Part shown: positions 27,556-37,154 of the stretch, one piece after another
Position numbering within the stretch: the first letter of the stretch is position 1
Layout of the letters: every line of letters starts with the position of its first letter
Assembly (NCBI GenBank): GCA_036517255.1
Contig: DATDXE010000017.1
Span: forward strand, 39,599 to 103,598
DNA length: 64,000 bases
From: Minisyncoccota bacterium
Lineage (GTDB): Bacteria > Patescibacteriota > Minisyncoccia > Phycocordibacterales > WO2-35-19
Direction: 5' to 3'
Notes under the pieces: generated by a model
Seen by the model: the letters and a program-made list of their open reading frames with translations, nothing else
What the model was told of the DNA's origin: nothing
Databases searched by the model: none
Translations under genes and position numbers: made by a program

Positions 27556-29229
27556 ATGTCACCTATTCGTTTTGAGATAGAAAAGAAAATCCCAAATTCC
27601 CTCGGGCGGGCCGGTAGGTTGAGTACACCTCATGGAGATATTTTGACTCCTGCTTTTGTAGCAGTCGGAACGAAAGGGACAGTGAAATCGCTTACTCCAG
27701 AAGAGATAAGAGAAGCGGGAAGTCAGGTCGTGCTTGCAAATACTTATCATCTCTATCTGCAGCCAGGGGATAAGATAATTAAAGAGGCAGGAGGATTACA
27801 TAAATTTATGAATTGGGGTGGCCCCACTTTCACTGATTCTGGCGGTTTCCAAGCTTTCTCTCTCGGTGTAGCTTATGGTAACGGGATAGGGAAGTTTATA
27901 GCCGCAAATGAACCTGATCAGGAGATAATGGAAAGATTGAAAGAAGAAAATAAGCCCGCCCGCCTCGATAACGAGAGCGTTTCGGGCGGGGAAAAATTAG
28001 CAGAAAGAAAATCGAAGGTAACAGAAGAAGGAGTGGAATTTGTATCAGTGCTCGATGGCAGTAAACATTTTATGTCACCGGAAGACTCTATAAGAATTCA
28101 GAATGACATTGGAGCTGATATGATATTTGCTCTGGACGAATTTACTTCTCCTCATGCCGATCACGCAAAGATAAAAGCGACTATTGAAAGGACAGAAAGA
28201 TGGGCGAAGAGGTGTTTGGAGGCGCATAAGAAGGGCCTCACCCCCGACCCCTCTCCCAAGGAGAGGGGGGATCGCTTCGGTTGGGATACTGCGATTAAGC
28301 TTAAGTTTAGGAACTTACAGGAGCAAGCACTTTTATTTAGAAAGAACCCAACAGAAGCTGAAAAGATTTTATGGGAGCGTTTGAGAGGCAATTTCAATGG
28401 TCTTCATTTTAGGAGACAACATGTTGTGGGACATTTTATAGTAGATTTTGTGTGTTTGGCTAATGGATTAGTCATTGAAGTTGATGGTGATATTCACGAT
28501 GATCAAGTAGAGAGAGATCAAGAAAGGACAAATTTCTTAGAACAATCCGGTTTTAAAGTTGTTAGATTCAGAAATGAAGAAGTTCTGAATAATGTCGACG
28601 TTGTTATAAAACAGATTATCGGCATTTTGAAAGCCCTCCCCTTGGGGGAGGGTTTGGGAGGGGCCTCTTCCCAAGCTCTCTTCGGCATCGTCCAGGGCGG
28701 TCGGCATGAGGATTTGCGCAAGCAGTCGGCCAAGTCGATCGGTAATATGGATTTCGATGGTTTTGGTATTGGCGGTACTTTCGTGAAAGAAGATATGGCG
28801 ACGGCAGTGCATTGGGTAAACGAAGTTTTGCCAGAAGAAAAACCACGACACCTTCTCGGGGTGGGGGAGCCTGTGGATTTAATTTTAGGCGTGGAAGAAG
28901 GTTGTGATACTTTCGATTGTGTTGCTCCCACCCGTATTGCTCGCAACGGTACTCTTTATACTCGCAACGGAAAAATAAATATTACAAACGCAAAATACAG
29001 TAATTTTTTTGAGCCGATAGAAAAGGGTTGTGGCTGTTATACTTGCAAGAATTATACGTGTGCTTATGTGTCGCACTTATTTCGGGCTAAAGAAATGCTT
29101 GCGGCCACTCTCGCTAGTATCCACAATCTCTATTTTTTGAATAATCTCATGACTGAAATTCGGCAGAGCATTCTAGATGGTAAATTTACTGAATTAAAAG
29201 AAGAATTTTTAGGTAAGTATAAATCTTAA
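27556..29229 (+). CDS. tgt: tRNA-guanine transglycosylase carrying an in-frame DUF559 insertion
   Basis: ANTYHL, TDSGGFQ, FGIVQGG, PRHLLGVG, DTFDCV, CGCYTC, HNL. Confidence 0.95.
   Translation: MSPIRFEIEKKIPNSLGRAGRLSTPHGDILTPAFVAVGTKGTVKSLTPEEIREAGSQVVLANTYHLYLQPGDKIIKEAGGLHKFMNWGGPTFTDSGGFQAFSLGVAYGNGIGKFIAANEPDQEIMERLKEENKPARLDNESVSGGEKLAERKSKVTEEGVEFVSVLDGSKHFMSPEDSIRIQNDIGADMIFALDEFTSPHADHAKIKATIERTERWAKRCLEAHKKGLTPDPSPKERGDRFGWDTAIKLKFRNLQEQALLFRKNPTEAEKILWERLRGNFNGLHFRRQHVVGHFIVDFVCLANGLVIEVDGDIHDDQVERDQERTNFLEQSGFKVVRFRNEEVLNNVDVVIKQIIGILKALPLGEGLGGASSQALFGIVQGGRHEDLRKQSAKSIGNMDFDGFGIGGTFVKEDMATAVHWVNEVLPEEKPRHLLGVGEPVDLILGVEEGCDTFDCVAPTRIARNGTLYTRNGKINITNAKYSNFFEPIEKGCGCYTCKNYTCAYVSHLFRAKEMLAATLASIHNLYFLNNLMTEIRQSILDGKFTELKEEFLGKYKS
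27955..27990. repeat. Palindrome family B, in frame in tgt (12 codons, PARLDNESVSGG)
   Basis: cccgcccg..ctcg-ataa-cgag..cgtttcgggcggg; last 13 nt are the reverse complement of 24978-24990. Confidence 0.8.
28234..28665 (+). mobile_element. 432-bp DUF559 (Vsr-like endonuclease) cassette with terminal inverted repeats
   Basis: RKNPTEAEKILWERLR, FRRQH, IVDF, VIEVDGDIH, RDQERT, GFKVVRF; ends 28234-28268 and 28633-28665 are imperfect inverted repeats. Confidence 0.85.
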
Positions 29230-29258
29230 TTTCTTGCTATCATTGAAGGCTTATTTAT

Positions 29259-31340
29259 ATGCACGGTAAATTCAAAATAAAAAGTACCCATAAACCTGCT
29301 GGGGATCAACCGAAGGCTATAGAGAGTTTAGTGAAAGGATTGAAGAAAGGTTTGAGCAGTCAGACCCTTTTAGGTGTAACGGGAAGCGGTAAGACATTTA
29401 CGATGGCTAATGTCATAGAAGCCGTGCAAAAACCGACTCTTGTCATTGCTCATAATAAGACATTAGCTGCTCAATTAGCTCAAGAGTATCGAGAATTTTT
29501 TCCCGATAACGCTGTGCATTATTTTGTCTCTTATTACGATTTCTACCAGCCAGAAGCCTATATGCCAGTCACCGACACTTATATAGAGAAAGAGGCCATG
29601 ATCAATGAGGAAATAGAAAGATTGCGTCATGCTTCGACTCAGGCACTCTTGACCAGGAAAGACGTGATAATAGTCGCTTCAGTATCGTGCATTTATGGTT
29701 TAGGCAGTCCTGAAGAATACGAAAAAGTAAACCTTAAAATAATAAAAGACCAAAAAATTGCTCGGGGAGATTTTATGCGCAATCTGATAGCTATACATTA
29801 TGAAAGGACTACCCTCGATCTGAAATCTGGCTTTTTTCGGGCTCTTGGGAATACAATCGAGGTCATTCCAGTCTCAGAGAATAATATTTACAGAATAGAA
29901 ATTGCAGAAGACAGGATCCAAAAAATCCAGAAGATAGATGCTATCACTAGACAAGTAATAGAAGAGCCAGAAACATTTTATTTGTTTCCTGCAAAACACT
30001 TTATTACGAGTGACGAGAAGCTCAAGGTTGCATTCAAAACTATAAAATCCGAACTAAGCGATCAACTAAAGAAGTTTGAAAAAGAAGGCAAAATTCTAGA
30101 AGCCGATAGGCTGAAAAGAAGAACAAGTTATGATCTCGCTATGATAAAAGAGATAGGCTATTGTAATGGTATTGAAAATTATTCTCGTCATTTTGATGGG
30201 AGATCAGTCGGTGAACCAGCTCACACTCTTCTATCGTATTTTCCACGCACTTCCGATGGAAAGTCCGATTTTCTCACTATAATAGATGAGTCGCATGTTA
30301 CTGTTCCTCAAATCGGAGCGATGTACGCTGGGGATCAAGCGAGGAAAGCAACATTGGTGGAACATGGTTTTAGATTGCCATCAGCGAAAGATAATCGTCC
30401 TCTCAGGTTTGAAGAGTTTGAACAGAGAGTGGGACAAGTAATTTATACTTCAGCTACTCCTGCCAAATATGAAATCGAACATAGTCAAAACGTCGCCGAG
30501 CAGGTTATTCGACCAACTGGTCTTATTGATCCAGAGGTAAGCATCCGGCCGATCACGGGAAGTTACCAAGGGTCACCCTTGGCCGGAGCCCTTGGGCCAA
30601 AGGTGACCCTTGGTAACCAAGCAAGATATCAGGGCCAAATCCAAGATTTCATTAAGGAAGCTGAAAAGGATGTAAAAAAGGGGGGTAGAGCTATTGCCAC
30701 TACTCTTACTAAGAAGATGGCTGAAGACCTTTCAGAATACTTGAAGGATAAAAAAATAAAAGCAGAGTACTTACATAGCGATATTAAAACAATAGAGAGA
30801 ATAGAGATACTAACAAAATTTAGGAGGGGTTCAAAGAATGGAGGGTTTGATGTGCTTGTGGGTGTAAATCTTTTGCGGGAAGGACTCGACCTGCCAGAAG
30901 TTTCCTTCATCGGAATTTTGGATGCCGATAAAGAAGGTTTCCTGCGAAGCGAAACTTCACTTATTCAAATCATCGGTCGTGCCGCCAGGAATGTGGACGG
31001 TAGAGTCGTCCTTTATGCTGATCGTGTCACTGGTTCTATGGAAAGAGCAATAGGGGAAACCAATCGTCGTCGAGCTATTCAGCTTGAATACAATGAAAAG
31101 CATGGTATTACTCCGCAAACTATCATAAAAGAAATCAAAGATATTACTGATCAACTTCAAAAAGGGCACAGAGAGGTGGTGGGGGCGCTCCTCAAAATTG
31201 ATTCTAAAAATAAAAATATTCCAAAACTTATCCGCACCAAAGAAAAACAAATGAATGCCTCGGTCAAAATCCTTGACTTCGAAACTGCCGCTATCCTCAG
31301 GGATGAAATAAAAGAGCTAGAGAAAATAGCCTCTAAGTAG
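29259..31340 (+). CDS. uvrB: Excinuclease ABC subunit B
   Basis: PAGDQP, LGVTGSGKT, YYDFYQPEAY, DESH, LLREGLD. Confidence 0.98.
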   Translation: MHGKFKIKSTHKPAGDQPKAIESLVKGLKKGLSSQTLLGVTGSGKTFTMANVIEAVQKPTLVIAHNKTLAAQLAQEYREFFPDNAVHYFVSYYDFYQPEAYMPVTDTYIEKEAMINEEIERLRHASTQALLTRKDVIIVASVSCIYGLGSPEEYEKVNLKIIKDQKIARGDFMRNLIAIHYERTTLDLKSGFFRALGNTIEVIPVSENNIYRIEIAEDRIQKIQKIDAITRQVIEEPETFYLFPAKHFITSDEKLKVAFKTIKSELSDQLKKFEKEGKILEADRLKRRTSYDLAMIKEIGYCNGIENYSRHFDGRSVGEPAHTLLSYFPRTSDGKSDFLTIIDESHVTVPQIGAMYAGDQARKATLVEHGFRLPSAKDNRPLRFEEFEQRVGQVIYTSATPAKYEIEHSQNVAEQVIRPTGLIDPEVSIRPITGSYQGSPLAGALGPKVTLGNQARYQGQIQDFIKEAEKDVKKGGRAIATTLTKKMAEDLSEYLKDKKIKAEYLHSDIKTIERIEILTKFRRGSKNGGFDVLVGVNLLREGLDLPEVSFIGILDADKEGFLRSETSLIQIIGRAARNVDGRVVLYADRVTGSMERAIGETNRRRAIQLEYNEKHGITPQTIIKEIKDITDQLQKGHREVVGALLKIDSKNKNIPKLIRTKEKQMNASVKILDFETAAILRDEIKELEKIASK
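30562..30617. repeat. Palindrome family A doublet, in frame in uvrB
   Basis: 23-bp arms (1 mismatch) with a 10-nt spacer; read as SYQGSPLAGALGPKVTLGN. Confidence 0.9.
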
Positions 31341-31390
31341 TAAAATACAAAGGTATATATCTTGAAATTAAAAATTAAAAATTTTACACT

Positions 31391-32590
31391 ATGTCCTTAA
31401 AATCTGGGGTGGGTATCAGTCAAGGAGATGATTCATATACTGTCGGAGCCAATGCTTGTCAGGACGCTATAAATAATTTAGGGGAAAGCGACCCAAGCCT
31501 CCTCATCGTATTTTCTTCTGTAAAGTACGATCAGCAAAAAATGCTTGATGGGGTGCGTTCGGTTAGTCCTAAAGCACTTCTCGTTGGTTCCTCTACTGCG
31601 GGAGAAATTACTACTAATGGTCCTGCTAAGTATAATTCTGTCGCGGTGATGGCCATCAAATCCTCCGATATTAAATTTTACGCTGGGGTAGGGGAGGATA
31701 TCGCGAGTGGTGCGAGGGAGGCTGGCAGGAGAGCAGCAGATGCAGTAAAGGCTTTAGCGCAGGAACCGCTGAAAACATTCATGATGATTCCCGATGTACT
31801 CGTGGGTAATGGAGCTGAAATAGTGCGAGGGGTGCTCGATTCTTTAGGAGAGCATTTTCCTGTCGTCGGCGGGGCTTCTGGTGATGATTTCGAATTTAAA
31901 AAAACCTATCAGTATTTGAACGACAAGGTTTATTCCGGGGTGATTATTGGCCTAGGACTTACCGGTAACTTCAAAATAGGCATAGGAGTGAAGCATGGCT
32001 GGATACCGGTAGGTGAACCTCTAAAAGTAACTAAATCTTCTGGTTCGATCCTACATGAACTTGATGGCAAGCCAGCTATAAAAATTTATGAAGATTATTT
32101 TGGTGAGGACGAAGCTAAATCTTTACGCACCGAAACTCTTGCCAAGCTTGCCATTACTTATCCTTTGGGTATGAAAGTAGAAGGCAGTGATGAACTCTTG
32201 ATTAGAGATCCAATAACAGTCGATGCTGCAGGTTCCATCACTTGTGCGGCAGAAATACCAGAAGGCTCTGATATCCGCCTTATGGTTGGTAGTCGTGAAG
32301 AAGCTGTAAAGGTGGCTAAGGCTGCAGCCATAAGTGCAGTAGAGCAGCTTGGTGGTGAAAAACCAAAAGCTGTCATTATCTTCAACTGTATTGCTCGCAG
32401 TAAACTTTTTGGTGATCGTTCGGGAGAAGAAATAGATGCTATACAAGAAGCCGTAGGAACGGACGTTCCCCTAATCGGTTTCTATACCTATGGTGAGCAG
32501 GCGCCTCTTGGAGGTGAGGTGCGTAATATAGAAAAGTGTAACCCCGCATTCCATAACGAGACGGTAGTTATTTGTGTTTTAGCTGATTAA
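31391..32590 (+). CDS. FIST N+C domain sensory protein
   Basis: LVGSSTAGEI, VVGGASGD, HGWIPVG, FNCIAR, GFYTYGE, FHNET. Confidence 0.9.
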   Translation: MSLKSGVGISQGDDSYTVGANACQDAINNLGESDPSLLIVFSSVKYDQQKMLDGVRSVSPKALLVGSSTAGEITTNGPAKYNSVAVMAIKSSDIKFYAGVGEDIASGAREAGRRAADAVKALAQEPLKTFMMIPDVLVGNGAEIVRGVLDSLGEHFPVVGGASGDDFEFKKTYQYLNDKVYSGVIIGLGLTGNFKIGIGVKHGWIPVGEPLKVTKSSGSILHELDGKPAIKIYEDYFGEDEAKSLRTETLAKLAITYPLGMKVEGSDELLIRDPITVDAAGSITCAAEIPEGSDIRLMVGSREEAVKVAKAAAISAVEQLGGEKPKAVIIFNCIARSKLFGDRSGEEIDAIQEAVGTDVPLIGFYTYGEQAPLGGEVRNIEKCNPAFHNETVVICVLAD

Positions 32591-32595
32591 AATCT

Positions 32596-33510
32596 ATGGA
32601 TTTATTTTCTTTATTTGTTAAAGAAAACGTAGCTATTGTCATCGGGGCTATCATCACATGTATCTTTATATACAAATTTTCCACTGAATCTAGACTTCGA
32701 AGTCTGCGAGACAAGGTAACCAAACTTGAAGAAGTTTCCAAGGATCACAGTAAAAGTGCCACTCTCCTTATTAGGCGTGATTTGGAATTGCAAAGAGCGA
32801 CTGAAAAAATGCGGGAGTTGGACAAAATAAAATCAAACTTTATCTCGGTTGTGGCACACCAACTACGCACTCCGCTCTCTGGTATTAAGTGGACTTTAAA
32901 CATGATTATTTCTGGAGAACTAGGGCCTATAAATAATGAACAAAAAACTTTTCTGCTCAAGAGCTATGAAAGTAATGATAGGATGATAAATTTAGTCAAT
33001 GATATGCTCGGGGCCGACAGGGTGCAGTCAGGCAAAGTGCATTACAATTTTAGGTATATCGATATTCTTGATCTTTTAGATAATGTGCTTTTTGAAATGT
33101 CCTCTCAGGCTCATAAAAAAAACGTCTCAGTGGAATTTAATGAAAAAATAGCTTTTCTGCCCAAAGTTTGTGTCGATCCGGATACGATGCGAGCAGTATT
33201 CCAGAATTTGCTTGAGAACTCTATAAAATATACAATTGATGGAGGTAAGATAATTATAGGAGCGAAGACAGAAGGCAAAAACGTCCTCATAGAAATTAGC
33301 GATAACGGTATCGGTATCCCTAAGGTTGAACAAAACAATGTCTTCAATCGTTTTTTTAGAGCTACTAATGCTGTTAAAAAAGAAACAGATGGTTCAGGTT
33401 TGGGCTTATTTATTGCCAAGTCTGTAGTAGAAAAGCATGGAGGCAAGATCTGGTTTGAGAGCGAAGAAGGTCAGGGCACTAAATTTTTCTTCACCATACC
33501 AATCACTTAA
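32596..33510 (+). CDS. Sensor histidine kinase (single TM, HisKA + HATPase)
   Basis: AHQLRTPL, NLLENSIKY, DNGIGI, GSGLGL. Confidence 0.93.
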   Translation: MDLFSLFVKENVAIVIGAIITCIFIYKFSTESRLRSLRDKVTKLEEVSKDHSKSATLLIRRDLELQRATEKMRELDKIKSNFISVVAHQLRTPLSGIKWTLNMIISGELGPINNEQKTFLLKSYESNDRMINLVNDMLGADRVQSGKVHYNFRYIDILDLLDNVLFEMSSQAHKKNVSVEFNEKIAFLPKVCVDPDTMRAVFQNLLENSIKYTIDGGKIIIGAKTEGKNVLIEISDNGIGIPKVEQNNVFNRFFRATNAVKKETDGSGLGLFIAKSVVEKHGGKIWFESEEGQGTKFFFTIPIT

Positions 33511-33519
33511 TTTATTTTA

Positions 33520-34326
33520 ATGTTACAGAATATGAAAAAAATACTTATAATAGAGGACGATTCCTTTTTGGGTGATGTTTTGGTGCAAAAACTAAAAGGT
33601 GAAGGTTTTGAGGTTTCTCTCGCTCGAGATGGTGCAGAAGGATTGAAAGACATAAGAGAAATAAAACCTGACTTAATCCTGCTAGACATTGTTCTTCCAA
33701 CCATGAATGGATACGAAATACTTGAAGCCAAACAGGCTGATAAAGAAATATCGACTATTCCTGTTATCGTCATTTCTAACTCTGGTCAACCCGTCGAGAT
33801 AAGTAGAGTCCTTTCTCTGGGAGTGAAGGATTATTTAGTGAAAGCCCAGTTCGATCCTCAAGAAGTAGTTTCGAAGGTGAAGTCGCAACTCATCAAGGGT
33901 AATGAGGCTGCAGGTTCTAAAACTTCTGGAGAATTACCTCGGGGGGCCGCTGCTCTTGCCGGTAAGAAGGTTATGTGGGTGGAAGATGATAAATTTCTTT
34001 CCGATATTATTGCTCGAAAGCTCTCTTCAACCGGCTGTACGCTCTTTCATGCTCCTGATGGTGAAGCCGCTTTAAAATTGATAGCTGAGCAAATGCCGGA
34101 TATAATTATGCTCGATGTTCTTCTCCCGGGTATGGATGGATTTGAAGTATTACATCGTATTAAAGCTGATCCTAAAACAAGTAAGGTTCCAGTTATAATG
34201 CTTTCAAACTTGAATCAAAAGGTCGATATCGATAAGAGTAAGGAGTTGGGGGCAGCTCAATTTTTGGTCAAAGCTACCATGTCTCTCGATGAAATTATCG
34301 AGAATATTCGTCTTATTCTTAAATAG
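33520..34326 (+). CDS. Response regulator with two receiver domains and no output domain
   Basis: IIEDD..PDLILLD..K and WVEDD..PDIIMLD..K. Confidence 0.9.
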   Translation: MLQNMKKILIIEDDSFLGDVLVQKLKGEGFEVSLARDGAEGLKDIREIKPDLILLDIVLPTMNGYEILEAKQADKEISTIPVIVISNSGQPVEISRVLSLGVKDYLVKAQFDPQEVVSKVKSQLIKGNEAAGSKTSGELPRGAAALAGKKVMWVEDDKFLSDIIARKLSSTGCTLFHAPDGEAALKLIAEQMPDIIMLDVLLPGMDGFEVLHRIKADPKTSKVPVIMLSNLNQKVDIDKSKELGAAQFLVKATMSLDEIIENIRLILK

Positions 34327-34401
34327 AAAGAGGTTTTTTTCTGTGTTATACTGCTGCACATATACCCCCTAAAGCGAAGAGAGGGGTGTTGTTTTGTACC
34401 C

Positions 34402-37095
34402 ATGAATAAAAATATAAACAATAAAAGAGAAGTAAGAAAAGAGGAACTACTTATAGTAAAAGGAGCTCGTACCCACAATCTCAAAAATATTACAGTAGAA
34501 ATGCCACGTAATAAGATGGTGGCTTTCACTGGTCTTTCTGGTTCGGGCAAATCTTCTCTCGCGTTTGATACTATATTTGCTGAAGGCCAGCGGCGTTATG
34601 TGGAGTCACTTTCTTCTTATGCTCGTCAATTCTTGAGGCAAATGGCTAAGCCTGATGTGGATGAAATATCGGGCCTTTCTCCCGCCATATCGATCGATCA
34701 GAAATCGCGTTCCAACAATCCTCGTTCTACCGTAGCTACAATTACGGAAATCTATGACTATTTACGCGTCCTGTATTCACGCATTGGTCGGCCGCACTGC
34801 CTGACTTGCGGAGAGGAAATTAAACGCTTATCAAATGATGAGATCAAAAATTTTATTCTTGAAAAGGTTTCAAAAACGGAAAAGAAAGATTTATCTTCTC
34901 AGAAAGTCCTCGGATCTCCGAAGAAAACTTCGGCCAGACTTTCTTCTAAGACAAATTTTCCTTTTCCTATTTATTTAGAACTTTTTGCTCCGATAGTAAG
35001 AGGTAGGAAGGGAGAGTACTACCAACTTCTTTACGATATGCTTGGTAAAGGTTACACAGAGGCTGTGATAGATGGTAAGCGTCAGAGTTTGCGAGAAAGA
35101 ATAGAACTTTCAAAAACAAAACGTCACGACATTTCTGTCCTTGTCGATTCGATTAATGTGGCTGATTTTACTACTGATCCAAAAGCGGCAAATGAAAGAT
35201 TGTCGGAATCACTTGAACACGCTCTCTCTGAAGCTGATGGTTTAGTAGAGATTTCTTTCCGTGATATCGGAAAAGATGGGCATCTTCAAAAAGATTCCCT
35301 TGAAGATGCCCATCAAGGAGAGAAAACTATTATGTCCAACAAATTTGCTTGCCCGAATGATGGCTATTCTTATCCAGAAATAGAACCTCGTCTTTTTTCC
35401 TTTAACTCTCCTTATGGAGCTTGTCCAGAATGTAATGGGTTAGGAACACGACATTTTTTTGGTGATGAAGTTTGTCCAGTTTGTCATGGTGCCAGACTCC
35501 GTCCTGAGGCTCTTCAGGTTTTAATCGGTGGTAAAAATATAGTTCATTTTACCTCGCTCTCCATCAAAGATGCTTTTGAATTTCTTGATTCAGCCACGTT
35601 AACTCTCCGAGAGAAAAATATTTCAAAGGTAATAGTAAGAGAAATAGAATCGAGGCTTAGGTTTATGCTAAATGTTGGTATCGAGTACCTTTCACTCGAT
35701 CGTAGGGCACACACACTTTCTGGCGGTGAGGCCCAGCGTATAAGGCTTGCGAGCCAGCTTGGTTCAGGTCTTGTAGGAGCTCTTTATGTGCTGGATGAAC
35801 CGACGATCGGTCTTCATTCTCGTGACAACGAAAGATTGATCAAGACTCTTCTGGAGCTAAGAGATTTTGGTAATACCATTCTTGTGGTAGAACATGATGA
35901 AGATACTATTTTTGCTTCCGATTACATTATTGATATTGGTCCAGGAGCTGGTGTGCATGGTGGGGAAGTAGTGGCTTCTGGCTGGCTTGATGACTTACTT
36001 ACCGCTAAAAAAAATGATTCTGGTTCCCGTACACTTGCATATCTTCGTGGGGAGGATCATATACAAATTCCGGACGAGAGGCGTACTCAAGATAAGGGTA
36101 AACTGGCAATCAGGAGTGGTAATATTTTTAACATAAAAAATATGGACGTGGATGTGCCCCTAGGCCGCATGGTGGCCATAACCGGTGTATCTGGTTCGGG
36201 TAAATCATCATTTGTGTACGAAATTATCCATAAGAATTTGCAAGCACGATTTGAAAGAAAATATCGTAGCAACGAGACTTACAATTGCGCTTCTTTCACT
36301 GGTAGTGAATATCTGGGGCGTTCGATACTTATCGACCAGTCACCGATCGGGCGTACTCCACGATCAAATCCAGCCACGTACACTGGAGCTTGGAGTTTTA
36401 TTCGTGAACTTTTTGCTGAGAGTTCAGAGGCCCGTGTCCGTGGCTGGGGTCCAAGTCGATTTTCTTTCAATGTTAAAGGAGGTCGTTGCGAAACTTGTCA
36501 GGGTAATGGGGAAATAGAAGTAGAAATGCATTTCCTGCCTACTGTTTATGTGCCGTGTGATGTCTGTGGGGGAAAGAGGTTTATGAAAGAAACTTTGGAG
36601 ATCAGGTATAAAAAGAAAAGCATTTACGATGTGCTCAAAATGACGGTGGAGGAAGCCCTCAAATTTTTTGAAGATATTCCTGCAATTTACGATCGGTTGA
36701 AAACTATGGATGAGGTGGGCTTAGGTTACTTACAGCTTGGCCAATCAGCCACCACTCTTTCAGGTGGGGAAGCTCAGAGAGTCAAAATTTCATCTGAACT
36801 ATACAGACCTCATATTCAAAAAACAGTTTATATTTTGGATGAGCCAACCATAGGTTTGCATTACGATGATGTTAAGAAGCTCTTAGCTATCTTGCAAAAA
36901 CTTATCGACAAAGGCAATACAGTCATAGTCATCGAACACAATCTCGATCTCATAAAAAATGCCGACTATGTGATCGATATCGGTCCTGAAGGCGGGATAG
37001 GGGGTGGTAAAGTCGTAGCCAAAGGCACCCCCGAAGAAGTGGCCAACAACAAAAATTCCTACACCGGTGCTTATCTCAAAAAAGCACTCAAGTAG
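34402..37095 (+). CDS. uvrA: Excinuclease ABC subunit A
   Basis: GLSGSGKSS, two LSGGEAQR, Zn fingers, GVSGSGKSS. Confidence 0.98.
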   Translation: MNKNINNKREVRKEELLIVKGARTHNLKNITVEMPRNKMVAFTGLSGSGKSSLAFDTIFAEGQRRYVESLSSYARQFLRQMAKPDVDEISGLSPAISIDQKSRSNNPRSTVATITEIYDYLRVLYSRIGRPHCLTCGEEIKRLSNDEIKNFILEKVSKTEKKDLSSQKVLGSPKKTSARLSSKTNFPFPIYLELFAPIVRGRKGEYYQLLYDMLGKGYTEAVIDGKRQSLRERIELSKTKRHDISVLVDSINVADFTTDPKAANERLSESLEHALSEADGLVEISFRDIGKDGHLQKDSLEDAHQGEKTIMSNKFACPNDGYSYPEIEPRLFSFNSPYGACPECNGLGTRHFFGDEVCPVCHGARLRPEALQVLIGGKNIVHFTSLSIKDAFEFLDSATLTLREKNISKVIVREIESRLRFMLNVGIEYLSLDRRAHTLSGGEAQRIRLASQLGSGLVGALYVLDEPTIGLHSRDNERLIKTLLELRDFGNTILVVEHDEDTIFASDYIIDIGPGAGVHGGEVVASGWLDDLLTAKKNDSGSRTLAYLRGEDHIQIPDERRTQDKGKLAIRSGNIFNIKNMDVDVPLGRMVAITGVSGSGKSSFVYEIIHKNLQARFERKYRSNETYNCASFTGSEYLGRSILIDQSPIGRTPRSNPATYTGAWSFIRELFAESSEARVRGWGPSRFSFNVKGGRCETCQGNGEIEVEMHFLPTVYVPCDVCGGKRFMKETLEIRYKKKSIYDVLKMTVEEALKFFEDIPAIYDRLKTMDEVGLGYLQLGQSATTLSGGEAQRVKISSELYRPHIQKTVYILDEPTIGLHYDDVKKLLAILQKLIDKGNTVIVIEHNLDLIKNADYVIDIGPEGGIGGGKVVAKGTPEEVANNKNSYTGAYLKKALK
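34878..34967. repeat. 90-bp imperfect nested palindrome inside uvrA
   Basis: Outer 20-bp arms (17/20), agaaagtc/gactttct, ccgaag-aaaa-cttcgg. Confidence 0.8.
35275..35314. repeat. Perfect 15-bp inverted repeat inside uvrA
   Basis: gatgggcatcttcaa-N10-ttgaagatgcccatc. Confidence 0.85.
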
Positions 37096-37154
37096 GAATT
37101 ACCTATCTGAGTATGTCAAACTCGTATGTTTAAAATTCTTGATATAATTAAGCT

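Noticed and set aside
28234-28665. Intein or group I/II intron in tgt
   Set aside because: No splicing-motif residues are present, and the insert is entirely nuclease coding sequence plus ~35-bp ends.
28233-28667. GGGCCTC direct repeat as a target-site duplication
   Set aside because: The copies are 428 bp apart, so excision would shift the frame. The match largely follows from the palindromic GGCC ends.
29230-34401. LexA/SOS boxes upstream of uvrB and uvrA
   Set aside because: No shared dyad motif could be found by eye.
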